This document shows positions 27,151-39,022 of a stretch of DNA of 64,000 nucleotides, one piece after another. The stretch spans positions 763,481 through 827,480 of the forward strand of contig MU004232.1 in assembly GCA_010405405.1 (NCBI GenBank), given 5' to 3'. This DNA comes from Microthyrium microscopicum. Taxonomy: Eukaryota. How positions within the stretch are numbered: position 1 is the stretch's first letter; each line of letters opens with the position of its first letter. Made by a program: the position numbers and the translations under genes. The notes beneath the pieces were generated by a model. That model made no database searches. It had not been told where the DNA came from and was given only the letters and a program-made list of their open reading frames with translations.

Positions 27151-28776
27151 ATGTCTTCTTATCTTAGAAATCTAATTCCTATATCTTATACTAAGCCTAC
27201 GCTATTATCTATTTTTTATAGTAGAGTTAATATAAATACTATTATTCTTAATTATTTACTAATATTGCTAGCTTCTTAGGTTTAACTAGATAAGTATTCT
27301 TTATAATAGGATAATAAGACTTAAGATATCTTAGAGTACGCTACTAATAGATTATATCTTTAAGATATTAATATTACTTAACCTCCTCTAGTTAAAGTAA
27401 CCTAAAATATTCCTAACGCTACTTAGGATATTGTTTATAAGTATTAATATAGCCTAGACTACGTCTAAGAGACATATTTACTTAGAACTAGTACTTAAAA
27501 CGCTATAATAGATAGCGCTTAGTATCCTAAGATATTTTTACCTAATTCTAGCGCCTTAGTTCCCTAGATTAATTCTACGCCTTTAGCTTTACTAGCGCCT
27601 AAATTTTTTCCTAAAATTACTATTATTACTAAGATCTAAAAGTAAGGAATAGCTATCGTTAAGAATAAATTTAACTATCTTCGTTAGAGTTTAGTTATAG
27701 CCTTTAAAAAGGCTTAGAAATAGCTTAATTTACGCTTAAAAGAGTAAGGAACGATATATAGTTTAACTATCTTAATATAGACATTTTTAAAGTAATAGAT
27801 AAAGAGAGGAACTAAAGATCTTTAATATAGCTTTAGTATTAATATAGGCTTAGTTAATAGAGAGCTTAATAGTATTCTTACTCTAATTTAGCGCTAAATT
27901 ACTTGCTAGTACTAGTCTAATTTCTATAATAATTCTTAATACGTTAGTAATCTTAAATAGGAGATTTTGTTTACTATTACTAAGCTAGAACGTCCTTCTT
28001 TAGCATTAGTAATAGTAATAGAGATATTAGAGTAGGTAGATCTACGCTATAAAGAATAGTAACGGCGTATTAATTTTGCTTCTTAATTTATACTATTAGT
28101 AGATAAGTATCTTTATATAAAGAAGAAATATCTAAATAACTTTAACGAAGAGTATTATTATAAAGATTCTTACAATAAATATATCTTCCTTAACGCTAAA
28201 GATATAAATAATTAGGCTTAAGCACTAGTAAAGGGTAAATATATTATTAAAATACTACTTAATATTATAATAATGAACCTATTAGAAAGCACTACTATTT
28301 AAAGAGCTTACTATTAATATTAAATAATAATAGCATTAAATTCTACTTTGCAATCTATTTATATTAATATTTATTATAATTAAGAGAGCTTGAACTTACT
28401 TAGTAAGGCCTCTAGTAGGATCTAGAGTAGCTAGAGCTAGTATATACGCTCTAGCTCTTTACTACATCGTGGTAGATTAGCTATAGCTTTAGGTTCAATC
28501 CCTAAGTTACTATTAGTCTAAAAATACTATCTAGAAGATAAATTTAATATATTTAATAGCTAGTATAATATTAATTTAGGTTTTTAATAGCGTTTAGTAT
28601 TTTTAGTAATTATTAAGGCTCTTTAGGATAGAGGATATTATTTAGGCTATGCAGTAAGTAAAGATTATGCTTAGTTTAAGTATCTTTTAGTAGGGGTTAT
28701 AATATAGAATTTTAATAACATAATTAAACTTTATAAGGAATTTATTGCTAATTTTCGTTAGTACTATATATATTAG
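27151..28776 (+). pseudogene. RIP-mutated second (cargo) ORF inside the transposon, convergent with the transposase
   Basis: ATG at 27151. Frame-1 stops are TAA/TAG, the RIP products of CAA/CAG/TGG. De-RIP reading near 28081-28260 suggests Cys/His residues followed by WAQALVKG..IEMP, then RSSSP. Confidence 0.55.
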
Positions 28777-28989
28777 ATTTCTCTTCTTAATAATACTAGT
28801 TCTAAGTTAAGCAAGTAAGATTTATAGTAGTAGTAGTTTAATATTAAAATCTTGTTATAGTATAAAGAAGTTAGGATTAGAAGTAATAATTAAAGCTATT
28901 TCCTAGATATTTCTATATAACCCTAGGCCTTAAGGGATTTTAGCGTTCTTTATAATATAATTACTATATTAAATATACCCTTTAGCTTA

Positions 28990-29990
28990 CTTCCTACTAG
29001 GTACTTCTTTACCTAAAACTTTAATTCTAATATCTAAAAACTACTTAAAAGATAGAGAATTCTTATATATATACTACTAGCAGTTATTTATCTTTAACTA
29101 GGCCTTTAAATTACTAAAAAACTCTTTAATAGGATTAAAATCTAGGTAGTATAGTAATAAGAATTCTAATTATACTCCCATAGTCCTAAATATCTTGTAG
29201 ACCTCTTTGCTATAATGAAAGAACGTATTATTTATAATAATAACACTTTAAAGAAGAGAATAAGGCTAATAGACATCTAGAAGCTTATTCTTATACTATT
29301 AGGCAAAGCTATTATTATCGTTATTAGCTTCGTAGATATCTACTAATAAGATGCTATTAACGCTATATACTAGTAGGATATTATACTATTTAGTAGTATT
29401 ATTAATATTCTTTAATTTCTACTTATTAGGCGCTAAGAAGCTTCTAACATTAGGCTTAATACCTAATTTACTCTACCCTCTTATTCTTAAGACGCTAGTG
29501 ATCCTATATTTTGCTTTATTAACGAAAATAAGCTATTTAGAAGTATATTTTAACATATAGATATAGTATTTATAATAGGCTTTAGTAGAGCGCTAGGCGG
29601 CAATAACCTTTAACTACGAGATATAAGAACGTATCCATTAGTATTACTTTATTACTAACCTTCTTTTTAGTATAATTATGCCTATTTAGGACTTAAGATA
29701 TAAGTTATTAACTTACTACTAGTCTAAATATATTAATAATAAACTTACGCATCTTAAATTATATTAAATTAGGTTAATAAAGTAGATATTTAAATAATGC
29801 GACCTATATATTATAATCTAATACTAGAAGAGGGCCTAAATATAGCTTTATAAGATTAAACGAGCTCTTAATCTTTAGTATTTAACGCTAGTATTTTATA
29901 GTATTCTTATAGCATCTAATAGCTCTAGCAATAGATATCTTGTAGTAGCTAAGCTTAATTATATCTTGTACCTATTTTTAGTAGTAGTTA
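28990..29990 (-). pseudogene. RIP-mutated DD34E transposase (boundaries approximate)
   Basis: Minus-strand codons read *LIFVNKA (de-RIP QLIFVDEA), RG*S (RGWS), NILLVYSVNSIL (NILPAYSVDGIL), SVIIINNTFFH (MDNAxFH) and EFLLLYYLDFNPIKE (LPPYxPDFNPIEE). There are 34 residues between the second D and the E. Confidence 0.85.
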
Positions 29991-30996
29991 TTAAGTTTAT
30001 ATAGTATATTAAAGACTCGTTCGTTATAGTATTAAAATACTAAAAATTAAGATATTTAGTAAAGATTTAGCTTTAGGACAGATAATATTATAATTTAGGA
30101 AGATAATAGAGTTAGTAAGATTGATCTAAGGGGCTACGCCGCTAAATTTATATACTAACGCACTCTTTAGATCTTTTTACCCTTCAATTACGCCCTAAAG
30201 CGCCATTTTATAATTTAGGGAGGGGGACAAGTAAGCTCTTGTAGCACTGTATTGGGATTAAGGTGCCCCCCCCCCTAAAAATATAAGGTGTCGAATTGCT
30301 GCTTAATTAGAGGGCGCCCAAAGCAAAGCATAGACAACTTTCAAAGCCCACCCTTTGCATTCTCTTTCTTCTTTCTTTAAGATATCGTCTCTTAAAGTCG
30401 TAATCCTTTTATATAATTATAATTATGCTAACTTAAAGGAAGCTTTATAGTAACTCTAAATTATCTTTTTCTCTATCTTATTATAAGTTTTGACGACTTA
30501 TATTATTAAGTAAAGAAAGTAGTTTCTAGGAAGGATAGTTTAAAGGGGCTACTTTGTACACTTTATGGGGTACTTCATAAAATGCCGCTAAGTAAAGGCG
30601 CTCACTTTTAGCCAATTAGACCTATGAATTCCTATTCTATATTTTTAGGGGGGGGGCACCTCAATCCCAATAGCACTGTATGGCGTGAGGTAACATTTTC
30701 AGGGGGTTTCCCGTGAACAAAGCCAACACTTTCATTCCCGGCAAACCCGGCAAACGATGCCTTGGCTGCTTATATGGTGGGGCATCATGATCGAACGACG
30801 ATTTTTCGACGGTAAAGTCGTTGACTGTACTGGCGGTTTTAAGTGATGTCAAGCTTCACCTGTAACGTGAAGTCTGAAGCAGATTGCGAAGCGTCTTGAA
30901 CTCTCTCATCAAGCCAGATCGGACATTCATCAGAACACAGTCTCAAGAGTCAAAGGTATAAACCCGAAATATCCAAGGCCATCAAGACACATCAAA

Positions 30997-32035
30997 ATGC
31001 TCATCCTCATCGTCGGAATCACAGGTAACATCGATAAACATCTAGCATCGCCGGCCTCGCAGCAGGCCATCAAATCCGCGGCCTCGCCCGGAACCCTTCC
31101 AAGCTGCCAGAGTCCATATCTTCGCAGCTCGAGTCATTCACTCAAAACTCCTCGTTTTACGACATCGCAGCTCTAGACGCAGGTTGCCACGGCGTGGATG
31201 CGGTAATATGTGCCTACTCCGCTGCGTCAGAACTAGCACTTGATGGCCAACTATACCTACTTCGAGCTGCAGAGCGCGCAGGCGTCAAGCGATTTCATGT
31301 GGCAAGCTGGAATTTGAACTGGAGTAAGCAGCCACTGGGTCTTCTGAAGACATATGATTCATATATCAGCTTTATGACCCAAGCGCGACTGTCTTCGTCT
31401 ATTAAACCGCTTTATGCGTTCATCGGGATCCTTGGACAGACGTTCTTTGCTGTTCCTGGGGCCGGGGCTCTGGAAGGTGATAAGGCGCTTTGGCAGCGGT
31501 TGGGTGGGGAGAAGAGAAGGATTAATGTTATTGGAACTGGAGAGGAGAAGATTGATGTTGCCACGGAGGCTGATGCGGCGGCTTTTTCTATTGGGTTGGT
31601 ACGTTATTCATATTCAGCATGTCAGAGCAGCATATGTGATGCTGCTATGCGTGGGCTCATTTCTGATGACAATTTCTAGGGTAGCAGCGAAAAGGCCGAG
31701 GATGGGGGATGTTTCGAGTTTCATAGTGACCGCTTCACTCTCAGGGAATTAAAAGAATGCTACGACGTGCCAAGGGAATCGAAGTAGAGTGGAACGAAAC
31801 GCCTCTCAAGTTGGATTATGTTACAGGGCTTGTGGATCAGATGCGTTCAGATGCAATCTCTAACGATCAAGTACGAGAGAGATACCGAGCCTACATCGGC
31901 TTGGTATATGTCAAGTACATGCTCAATGGCGAGATGAAGATGAATCTGAGCAAGCTTGATAACTGCTTGTTTTCCGAGATAGCTGCCAAAAGACAGACGC
32001 TCGAGCTGTATGTTACCAACAGCCCGGATGTTTGA
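30997..32035 (+). pseudogene. NmrA/isoflavone-reductase-like NAD(P)-binding oxidoreductase, frameshifted
   Basis: Starts MLILIVGITGNID (GxxGxxG with the last G changed to D). A frameshift near 31047 leads into AGLAAGHQIRGLARNPSKL..VDAVICAY..AERAGVKRF. Intron 31599-31679; second frameshift near 31763. Confidence 0.75.
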
Positions 32036-32117
32036 CAATAAGCAGATCAAATAATCGAAAGCTTTACTTGAGCCTTGCCTCACCTTTCTCTTGGCGCACA
32101 CTTCTAATGCAATCCTT

Positions 32118-33801
32118 TCACAACTTTCTCAAAATCTTGGTACTCAACATCAATCTCATGGATGCAACAAGCCCAGCAGCACCAAGCGCAAGCGACCCAG
32201 CATAGAACATAGCAGGTCGATAAGCCTGAAGTCCACTCGCCTCTCCGCCATACGCTTCAAGAATATAGCCCGCAATTGGCGCCCCCTATTCCATCCAAAT
32301 AAGTACAGAACTCAATTTGCCTGGTTACGTTGATATGACACTCACCATAAGATACCCTCCCGCCCATCCAGTAACGATCATACCCATGGCAACAGACACT
32401 CTTGCGGATCCAAAAGTATTACCAACCACAGTTGGCATACAAGAAAAGAAGCCACCATTTCCAGCACCATTGATGACCACGAATGCAGCGAGTGGAGCCA
32501 ATGTTGTAGAAGCAGGCCATAGAGCCAGCATGCTTATGGCAGTCATTAGAAAAGAGATGATTAGTGTGTTAAGAGGGCCAAGTCGGTCACATAGGAAGCC
32601 AGAGATGATTCGTCCCAGAGCAGAAGAAAAGTTGAATCCAGCTAAGAGCGCCGCTCCAGTGCTTGACGATAGACCGATTGCTTTACTATAAAGAGGCAGA
32701 AAGAAAGGTGGGACGAATAATGGAAATGTTCCTACAACACCCGCTGCGAAGATCAGTACGAATGTCGGGTTTTTGAATAGGCGCCTGTGGTATCGCGGTA
32801 TTAGTCGAAAATGTGTTGCGCGATTTGTATCCGAACACTTACCACTCGATCAACTTCGATGCTTGAATTGGTGTGCGATCTTTGACCAACCAAGCTGCTG
32901 GAAGTCCAGTAACTAGTGTCGCAATCCCGAGAAATCGATATGCCCACGCTGGTCCAAAGCTATTGATCAACTTGTCCAGGCTGAGGCTGATCACGGCTCC
33001 CCCGAGTCCACCGCCCGCAAAAACTACTCCAGTAGCGAGACCGCGTTTTCGGCTAAAGTACTGTGCTGGAGCTACCGCAGTTGTCTTTGATATGTTAATA
33101 CCAAACACCTCGCAAGCGATGTATGTTCATACCGCAAAGCATAAACTATCCCATCAAGCATTAGATTTAGCAAGCAAGTGATGCAGTTGTTATGTTTCAC
33201 TGACCTAGTTCCTAAACCCGAAAGCACTCCATTGGTGATAAACAAACCCGCAATGCTCTGCGTAGCAAAACTGCTGAGTATTGATGATAGACCCAGCGTA
33301 GTGATGCCCAAAAGTGCAGCTCGTCTGGACCCAAGCCTGCTCCTAAGACGAGCATTTGCTATTCCGAAGACACTAACAAGGACATTGGAAAGTGAACCTA
33401 CGAAGGAAAGTGTTGAGGCAGGGCCTAATTGATCTTTAACCAGAGCGGCTTGGATGACTCCCCAGCTATATGTCGTGCCTACGAACTGGAATTTTGTCAG
33501 TATAAGCTCATGATATCTTGAGATTTGCCAGTTAGCCCCAAAGTCCATAACATTCACGATGTAGACGATGTTTCATACTGAGTATACTTGGGGTACCTCG
33601 ACTTACCCACCAGCTCATAACAGCACAGGCGAAAATGACGACCCATCCGTAGCCACCGTCAGGAACACCGCTGTCTGCTAGACGAGAAGCTTCGAGGACC
33701 GGGTCAGTGTCTGATTCAGAGCCAACCCGAACATCTCGTTGAGTGAGATGACTATGAGAGTGACGTTGAAGCTCTATGCCAGTGGAAGTGGTGGAAGACA
33801 T
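32118..33801 (-). CDS. MFS monocarboxylate-porter (Mch-like) transporter, multi-exon
   Basis: PDGGYGWVVI, YSWGVIQAAL, QYFSRKRGLATGVVFAGGGLGG and GAPIAGYIL, separated by canonical introns. Confidence 0.88.
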
Positions 33802-35640
33802 TTTCACAATTAGAAGGATCCAGAGAGATAGATGACCAAGCCAAATACAAAAGCCGAATCACCGGCTAATCAGAAATCCAATTCAAACTCTCATATACCA
33901 GGTAAGTTCTGGAGGTTGTCTAAATCCACAAAATGTACAGAAAAACTCACTGCAAAGAGTAGGGCGTATGGAGTGTGAGCTGGAGCTCTGGGGCATCCCA
34001 GCTTCACAAGCTACTTGAAAGTCATCGTCCAATTTTTCAGGGCGAATCATACACATTAGAGGATTTTGCGGAGAATTCAAACAACTAAAATCAAAAACTT
34101 GAGATGAAACAGTTTATGGGTATATGGAAATTAGATGGCTAGAGTGAGCCGTGAAGAAGTTAGACTCCTTAGCAGCAACTAGGATATATACATGGAACGA
34201 GCATTTTTTTCTTGCCTAGCTTGGATTTAAAGAATTCACTTCTTGCCGTAAGTTTCAATCTAAATCCGTCGCGCGAGTAGCCGCGCTAACCCAATTCAGT
34301 TTTACCAGAAGTCACCGTACATCCAGCTACTATGGCACTATTTAATCTTTGGAACACCCACGGGTCAATCCCGTCACATCTTTTTTTTGATCATGCCATT
34401 TTTAATTGTCAAACCTATCAAGACATCGTAAGACTTATATCTCTGTCTTCTGTTTCTTTTTTGGCTGTACAAAACGTGTATTTGACGTTAGGCCATGTTC
34501 CTTTTGACACAACCTCCACTCGTCTTGTAAGAGTCATCTTCATACCCTATGTACCGGGCAAAAAGATAATCAACATACGAAGCAAAATCTTGTAAATGGC
34601 GGGCAAAAGCGAGCGCTTCGATTCTGCCTTGCGAAGCTGAGGGATGTCATACGATGTGGAGGCTGAGTGAGTAGTGCTACCGTCGAACTCAATTATGTTT
34701 CCGAAGATTTTGATATTTCAAACCTAATCTTAACTTGAGACCTTACCTACTATGGTAGCTACTTGATTAATACAAGTACCTGTTTCCAAACAAGGCTGTA
34801 TATCACTAGACCCGGGAGATGGACTAGAAATTGATAGTCATATGAAGCGTACCACGAAGTAATTTGGGAAGCTTGGAGTTTTACCGTTAATGAAGAACCA
34901 AAGTTCTGTGCACCGTCTTATGTATAAATACCAGTTGGCCCCAGTCCTGTGTCTTTTCTTCTAACAAGGATCGTGTCTGTATCAACGATGAAAAGCATGT
35001 CAATAGTCAATGATGAAAACCGAAAGATCAAATACGCTGAAGCTTCGAGTTAGCGCCAGCAACAGAAGTGATTGTCACCAAGATCAATTCGTGAAAACTG
35101 AGACTCCACACGCTTTTACATATTGAATAGCTCGACTAGCAGTTAACGCTTGAACAGAGTGAACGACACTCTCCCATATATACAATACTCCCGTCAACTC
35201 TGATGGCTGCCCCCGAGGTTTCCAAGTAAAAGGTGCTATATTTCCTAAGGTATTTGATGGCTTATTCAAGTTGGCAAAAACTTCTCATCCCCTTGTAAAG
35301 AAAAATAGGTACCTATTGTCTTATAGCTTTCTGACATTCTTCTCCACATGCTGACTTTGATGGCTTCGATAATGACGTTGGCTTAGGTTTGCTTTTGTTG
35401 TCCCTCAATACCGACCTATTCCTATAAGGTCGGGCTTTGAGCTAATGGAGGAACAATTCGGAGTAACAGAGCTGCTTCTTGGGCAATCAAGACTGTATAG
35501 TCCTGAATATTCTCGTCACAGCCTCGAATATGTTTGAAGACAAGTATATCCCGAGGTCGCCGATTTCCTTTCCCTATCCATTTATCCTATTTTATTGTAT
35601 ACTAAGGTCTAGGATCAGGCAAAACCCATTGGATTTGTGC

Positions 35641-37917
35641 TCAAAGCAAAGAAACATAACGAACTGAAGCTCTTTCATTGTCCGTCCAATCCATAGAACC
35701 ATGCACGTAGCAGTCCCCAACCACTCTGTAGCGACCCAGGTTACCTCCATACAACGGTCGTAATACTAAGGGCATAGAGATGCCGAGTATCTTGAAGACC
35801 AAATCGTCTCTCTTAAGAGAATTTGGTCCCAGACCATACAAGTCTGGACCCGCTTGGAAGAAACGGCGACCTACTGTCGCCGCTCGAATTGCATGATCAA
35901 GTTGGTGTGCTGGATCTGCAGATGCATGCATCACTGGGGGTCCAGCCTCTCGGAACTTGTCGCTTGGAAATTTACGTCCACCTTTGAAGGCTCTTCGCAT
36001 GGACTCTTTGACCCACTGACGATATATGGGTCGATCATCGTCAGTAAGTCTTCTGTATCCTGACGAGTTAGAGAAATCGCAGATAGCCCCACCGCAAATC
36101 GTTTGCCAAAAGAGATTCGAAACCTTTTCACAGCCCTTTGACAGGCTTGGGTACGACTTCTTCTTCCACGGTGGTAGTGGCCGCTTTTCAAACCAAAATG
36201 GCTCTGAGGCGTGGGCTTTAGCTTGCCACAGGGCCAATCTGTCTAGTGCAAAGTCATAAGGTTTGTTGGGATGTAAAGACTCCGAAAAGTCCGATATCAC
36301 AGCCAGCTGCATGCCCCGGACCTGCAAAATAGATCCAAGTTCACGGAAGAGAGTACTCCTATCAACGGTGGACTTGAATAATTTCGCAGCTTGTAATCTT
36401 TCTCGCTCGTAGGATGCATCAAAGTATGACCAATCTGTAATCCAAGAAGGCAAGCTTAGATTCGCAGGATATCGTTTTCTGCTTCCCAAGATTGCGTCTA
36501 ATGAACCTGTAGCTTCGAACAATGCTACGGCAGTTTCTTGAAGAACCTGGTGTAGACTTTTGTCAGCATAAACAGGTCGCAGACTAGTTCTGTTGTTGCT
36601 AACATCCTCCAATCCTAACAGAGCATACACTTTATCTCGTTGATCAGAGGCTTCTCGAGATCGTGCTGCTTGTAGGATGTCTAGTAAAGTGGCATTTGCA
36701 GTTGGTTTGGCTGCTTTCTGCCATGCCAAGGTCAGTTCAGCTCTCAGTCCTGGAGATGAGCATAGAGGTCGATCATCCGAGATGCTGGCCATCTTCCTTA
36801 TCTGCAAAAACTCTAGAATAGTTCTCGTAAACGTCGAAAGGGCGTCAGACAAAGTTTCATCAACGTTCTTTAGGAAGCCGCTACAGCAACTGTGGGCATG
36901 TAGATCGTAGCGAATTGCTGCATCTACAAACATACACCATGGTGCCTGGATAGGGCCTAGCACGACAGTTGCCTTGGTAGCTAATATGGTTTCTTGTATC
37001 ACCCAAACTCTGTTCCACCATGAACGCTCCATAAGCAGTTTCAGAGCCAATAATAGCTTGTGCTGGTCTAGATATGCCGGCACATGTTTTGTCTTGTTCA
37101 AGTGAAAGGGTATGTCTGCTGCTAAGGCACGCAGAAAGTAGAATAAATTGAGAGTTGGTTTCGATGATGGTCCTGCTGGGCGCAAAGACGATATCTGATA
37201 AAGACTCTGGACGTCTTTGGATGCTCTCCTACTGGATGAAGGAACGGTATCGACGATATTCTGCGAAGTTTCAAGGTGGCTCGACCTGGTTCGGAATTGG
37301 CCAATAGTTGAGAACACTTTTCCTAGTAACGATACCCGTGATTTGTCTAGTTCTGCTTCCAGTTTCTCCTCCGATATCTCTGGACCCAGCCAGATGATTA
37401 CCTCCTCAGCGTAGCGGTATATCTTTCGCATGAGATTGACCTGATGATGCTTTTCCGCGTCATTATTCTGGTCGATACACAATGAGTCGACCCATAGAAC
37501 TCTCTCTGATGAACTATGGCGTAGAACTATCAATGCTTCCAGGAGATTATCGGTGACTTCGATTGGACTGTCGTTGATGAACACAGTTTTGCTGCGTACA
37601 AAGTCTTTGCCATGGGTTTTCTTGCTTGCGCGTTCCTTCCAGGCATGCGATAGAGCTTTGTATGAGACTTCTTCGTTGTGGTGTGGAGCATCAAGATCTC
37701 GTATTAATATTGCACCGCGTATGGCATCACCCGGCTCGCCTGGATGAATTTTGAACAGCCTGATCTGGGCTAGCGACCGAACTAGACGTGGATATATGAT
37801 TGCTCTATTTACTGTGGTTTTGTTAGAACAGATTTCTGTGCGTATGTACGAAAATGACTTACTACGACTAAGACTGCCACTGTTGCTGACGTTAATGTCG
37901 CCATTTTGGAGTACCAT
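35641..37917 (-). CDS. Heterokaryon-incompatibility (HET) domain protein, HET-6-like
   Basis: IRLFKIHPG, YKALSHAW, LWVDSLCIDQ, EKHHQVNLMRKIY..VIIWLG, WWNRVWVIQE, ASDQRDKVYALLGL, LPSWITDW and C-terminal YRVVGDCYVHG. Confidence 0.9.
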   Translation of the reverse strand: MVLQNGDINVSNSGSLSRSKSFSYIRTEICSNKTTVNRAIIYPRLVRSLAQIRLFKIHPGEPGDAIRGAILIRDLDAPHHNEEVSYKALSHAWKERASKKTHGKDFVRSKTVFINDSPIEVTDNLLEALIVLRHSSSERVLWVDSLCIDQNNDAEKHHQVNLMRKIYRYAEEVIIWLGPEISEEKLEAELDKSRVSLLGKVFSTIGQFRTRSSHLETSQNIVDTVPSSSRRASKDVQSLYQISSLRPAGPSSKPTLNLFYFLRALAADIPFHLNKTKHVPAYLDQHKLLLALKLLMERSWWNRVWVIQETILATKATVVLGPIQAPWCMFVDAAIRYDLHAHSCCSGFLKNVDETLSDALSTFTRTILEFLQIRKMASISDDRPLCSSPGLRAELTLAWQKAAKPTANATLLDILQAARSREASDQRDKVYALLGLEDVSNNRTSLRPVYADKSLHQVLQETAVALFEATGSLDAILGSRKRYPANLSLPSWITDWSYFDASYERERLQAAKLFKSTVDRSTLFRELGSILQVRGMQLAVISDFSESLHPNKPYDFALDRLALWQAKAHASEPFWFEKRPLPPWKKKSYPSLSKGCEKVSNLFWQTICGGAICDFSNSSGYRRLTDDDRPIYRQWVKESMRRAFKGGRKFPSDKFREAGPPVMHASADPAHQLDHAIRAATVGRRFFQAGPDLYGLGPNSLKRDDLVFKILGISMPLVLRPLYGGNLGRYRVVGDCYVHGSMDWTDNERASVRYVSLL

Positions 37918-39022
37918 TCCTCAGATCAGCCTTGCCAGCCTTGCCAACCTTGTAGGTCGTTATTGGAGCTTGACTACGCGGTATACCATATCTTGGTCAT
38001 ATAGCAGTAAGTTGTAGAATGCCTAGGAATGGGGCGCATAACCCACCATGAAATATGGACAAAGGATTATGAATCAAGTACAATATCTTGTATGTATATC
38101 TCAAGGAGTCAAGGTACAATGAGAAGGAGGATGGCTAACGATCGAACCAATCACCTTCGCATGAAGTCGCTCGAGAACTTCCACCCTATTTATAGTAGGC
38201 TGTACGTTGTACCGTACCGGCCTCCAAAAGCAACTCAGATCCATCACAGCTCATTCAGAAGACGTTGGATTGGCTTGCGTGTCAACGAGGCTTCAATGCC
38301 AAGCGCTTCGCCTCACTGATGAAAAAGCCAAGCCTTCGGATTCAAGCTTTCGCTCTTCAATAGCATAGGCTGAACTTAACGAGCCCATCGCTAGCAAAAT
38401 TCCCGTGAACTGATCCAAATCGGTCCAATTCGCCCCGGATCGGGGGAAAGCCCATGTCCACTCGTCGAGCCTAGGTAGAAACAATGCCATCCGAGCAATC
38501 GTCAGGCCTAGTAACGTGATGGCTGCAAATCTTTGCTTAGACGGTCTGTGTGTAGGTTTTTGGTTGAACAGCACGAACAACAATGTTACCAGTGGATCAT
38601 AGCTCTTAGTTGGCCGACTGAGTAAGGTGCGGCCAATGAGCCTGGTTTTCACGAACTGAACTTGAAATTAGCAGGCTGGCAAATATATGTTTTTTAGACA
38701 GACTTGTAACTCCTTTGCTGAAAGTCATCCTGCGAAATCCACCCAAGCTTTCTCTGTTGTATACACAGGATATCAACGCTAAACGCGCAGATTGGTTGAC
38801 AAAAGAGTGAATTCATTAGGAAATGTCTTACATGCCACAACAGCAAAGCATCTTACAGCCGTTGGTATCGGCTACAAACCAAACCAGTCTGCGTCTTAGC
38901 CCACCAGGTATCAAGACACCAATACTTATACAACAGGCCATTCGGCCTTCCAGACATTATCGTTACTCAAAGGTACACACTCAATACCGCACCTAGCCCG
39001 ACTTCCCGCCACTCTCGTGTGG

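Larger units (their letters stand above)
26256..30249. mobile_element. RIP-inactivated IS630/Tc1-mariner DNA transposon, about 4.0 kb
   Basis: TIRs of about 35 bp: tagtgctacaagagcttacttgtcc(c)ntaaa at the left end and tttagggagggggacaagtaagctcttgtagcactg at the right. TA duplication at 26254-55 and 30250-51. Very AT-rich, TpA-rich and CpA/TpG-depleted. Confidence 0.92.
26248..30678. mobile_element. Non-autonomous TIR element (MITE, about 435 bp) split by a nested insertion: 26248-26255 plus 30252-30678
   Basis: The right end tatatttttag(g)ncacctcaatcccaatagcactg+TA is the reverse complement of TA+tagtgcta|ttgggattaaggtg(c)ntaaaaatata once the inner element is removed. TA flanks at 26246-47 and 30679-80. 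Confidence 0.85.

Noticed and set aside
26400..28900. Fanzor/TnpB nuclease as the cargo of the Tc1/IS630 element
   Set aside because: I could not reconstruct RuvC motifs or the C-terminal zinc-finger/RuvC-III pattern from the RIPped frame. It cannot be fully excluded without a deRIP consensus.
29351..29560. 69-aa hydrophobic ORF in the AT-rich block
   Set aside because: It is antisense to the RIPped transposase, and its Leu/Ile/Tyr richness follows from the AT bias.
38029..38652. 96-aa and 119-aa ORFs between the HET and OPY1-like genes
   Set aside because: No motifs or splice-supported model; probably chance ORFs.
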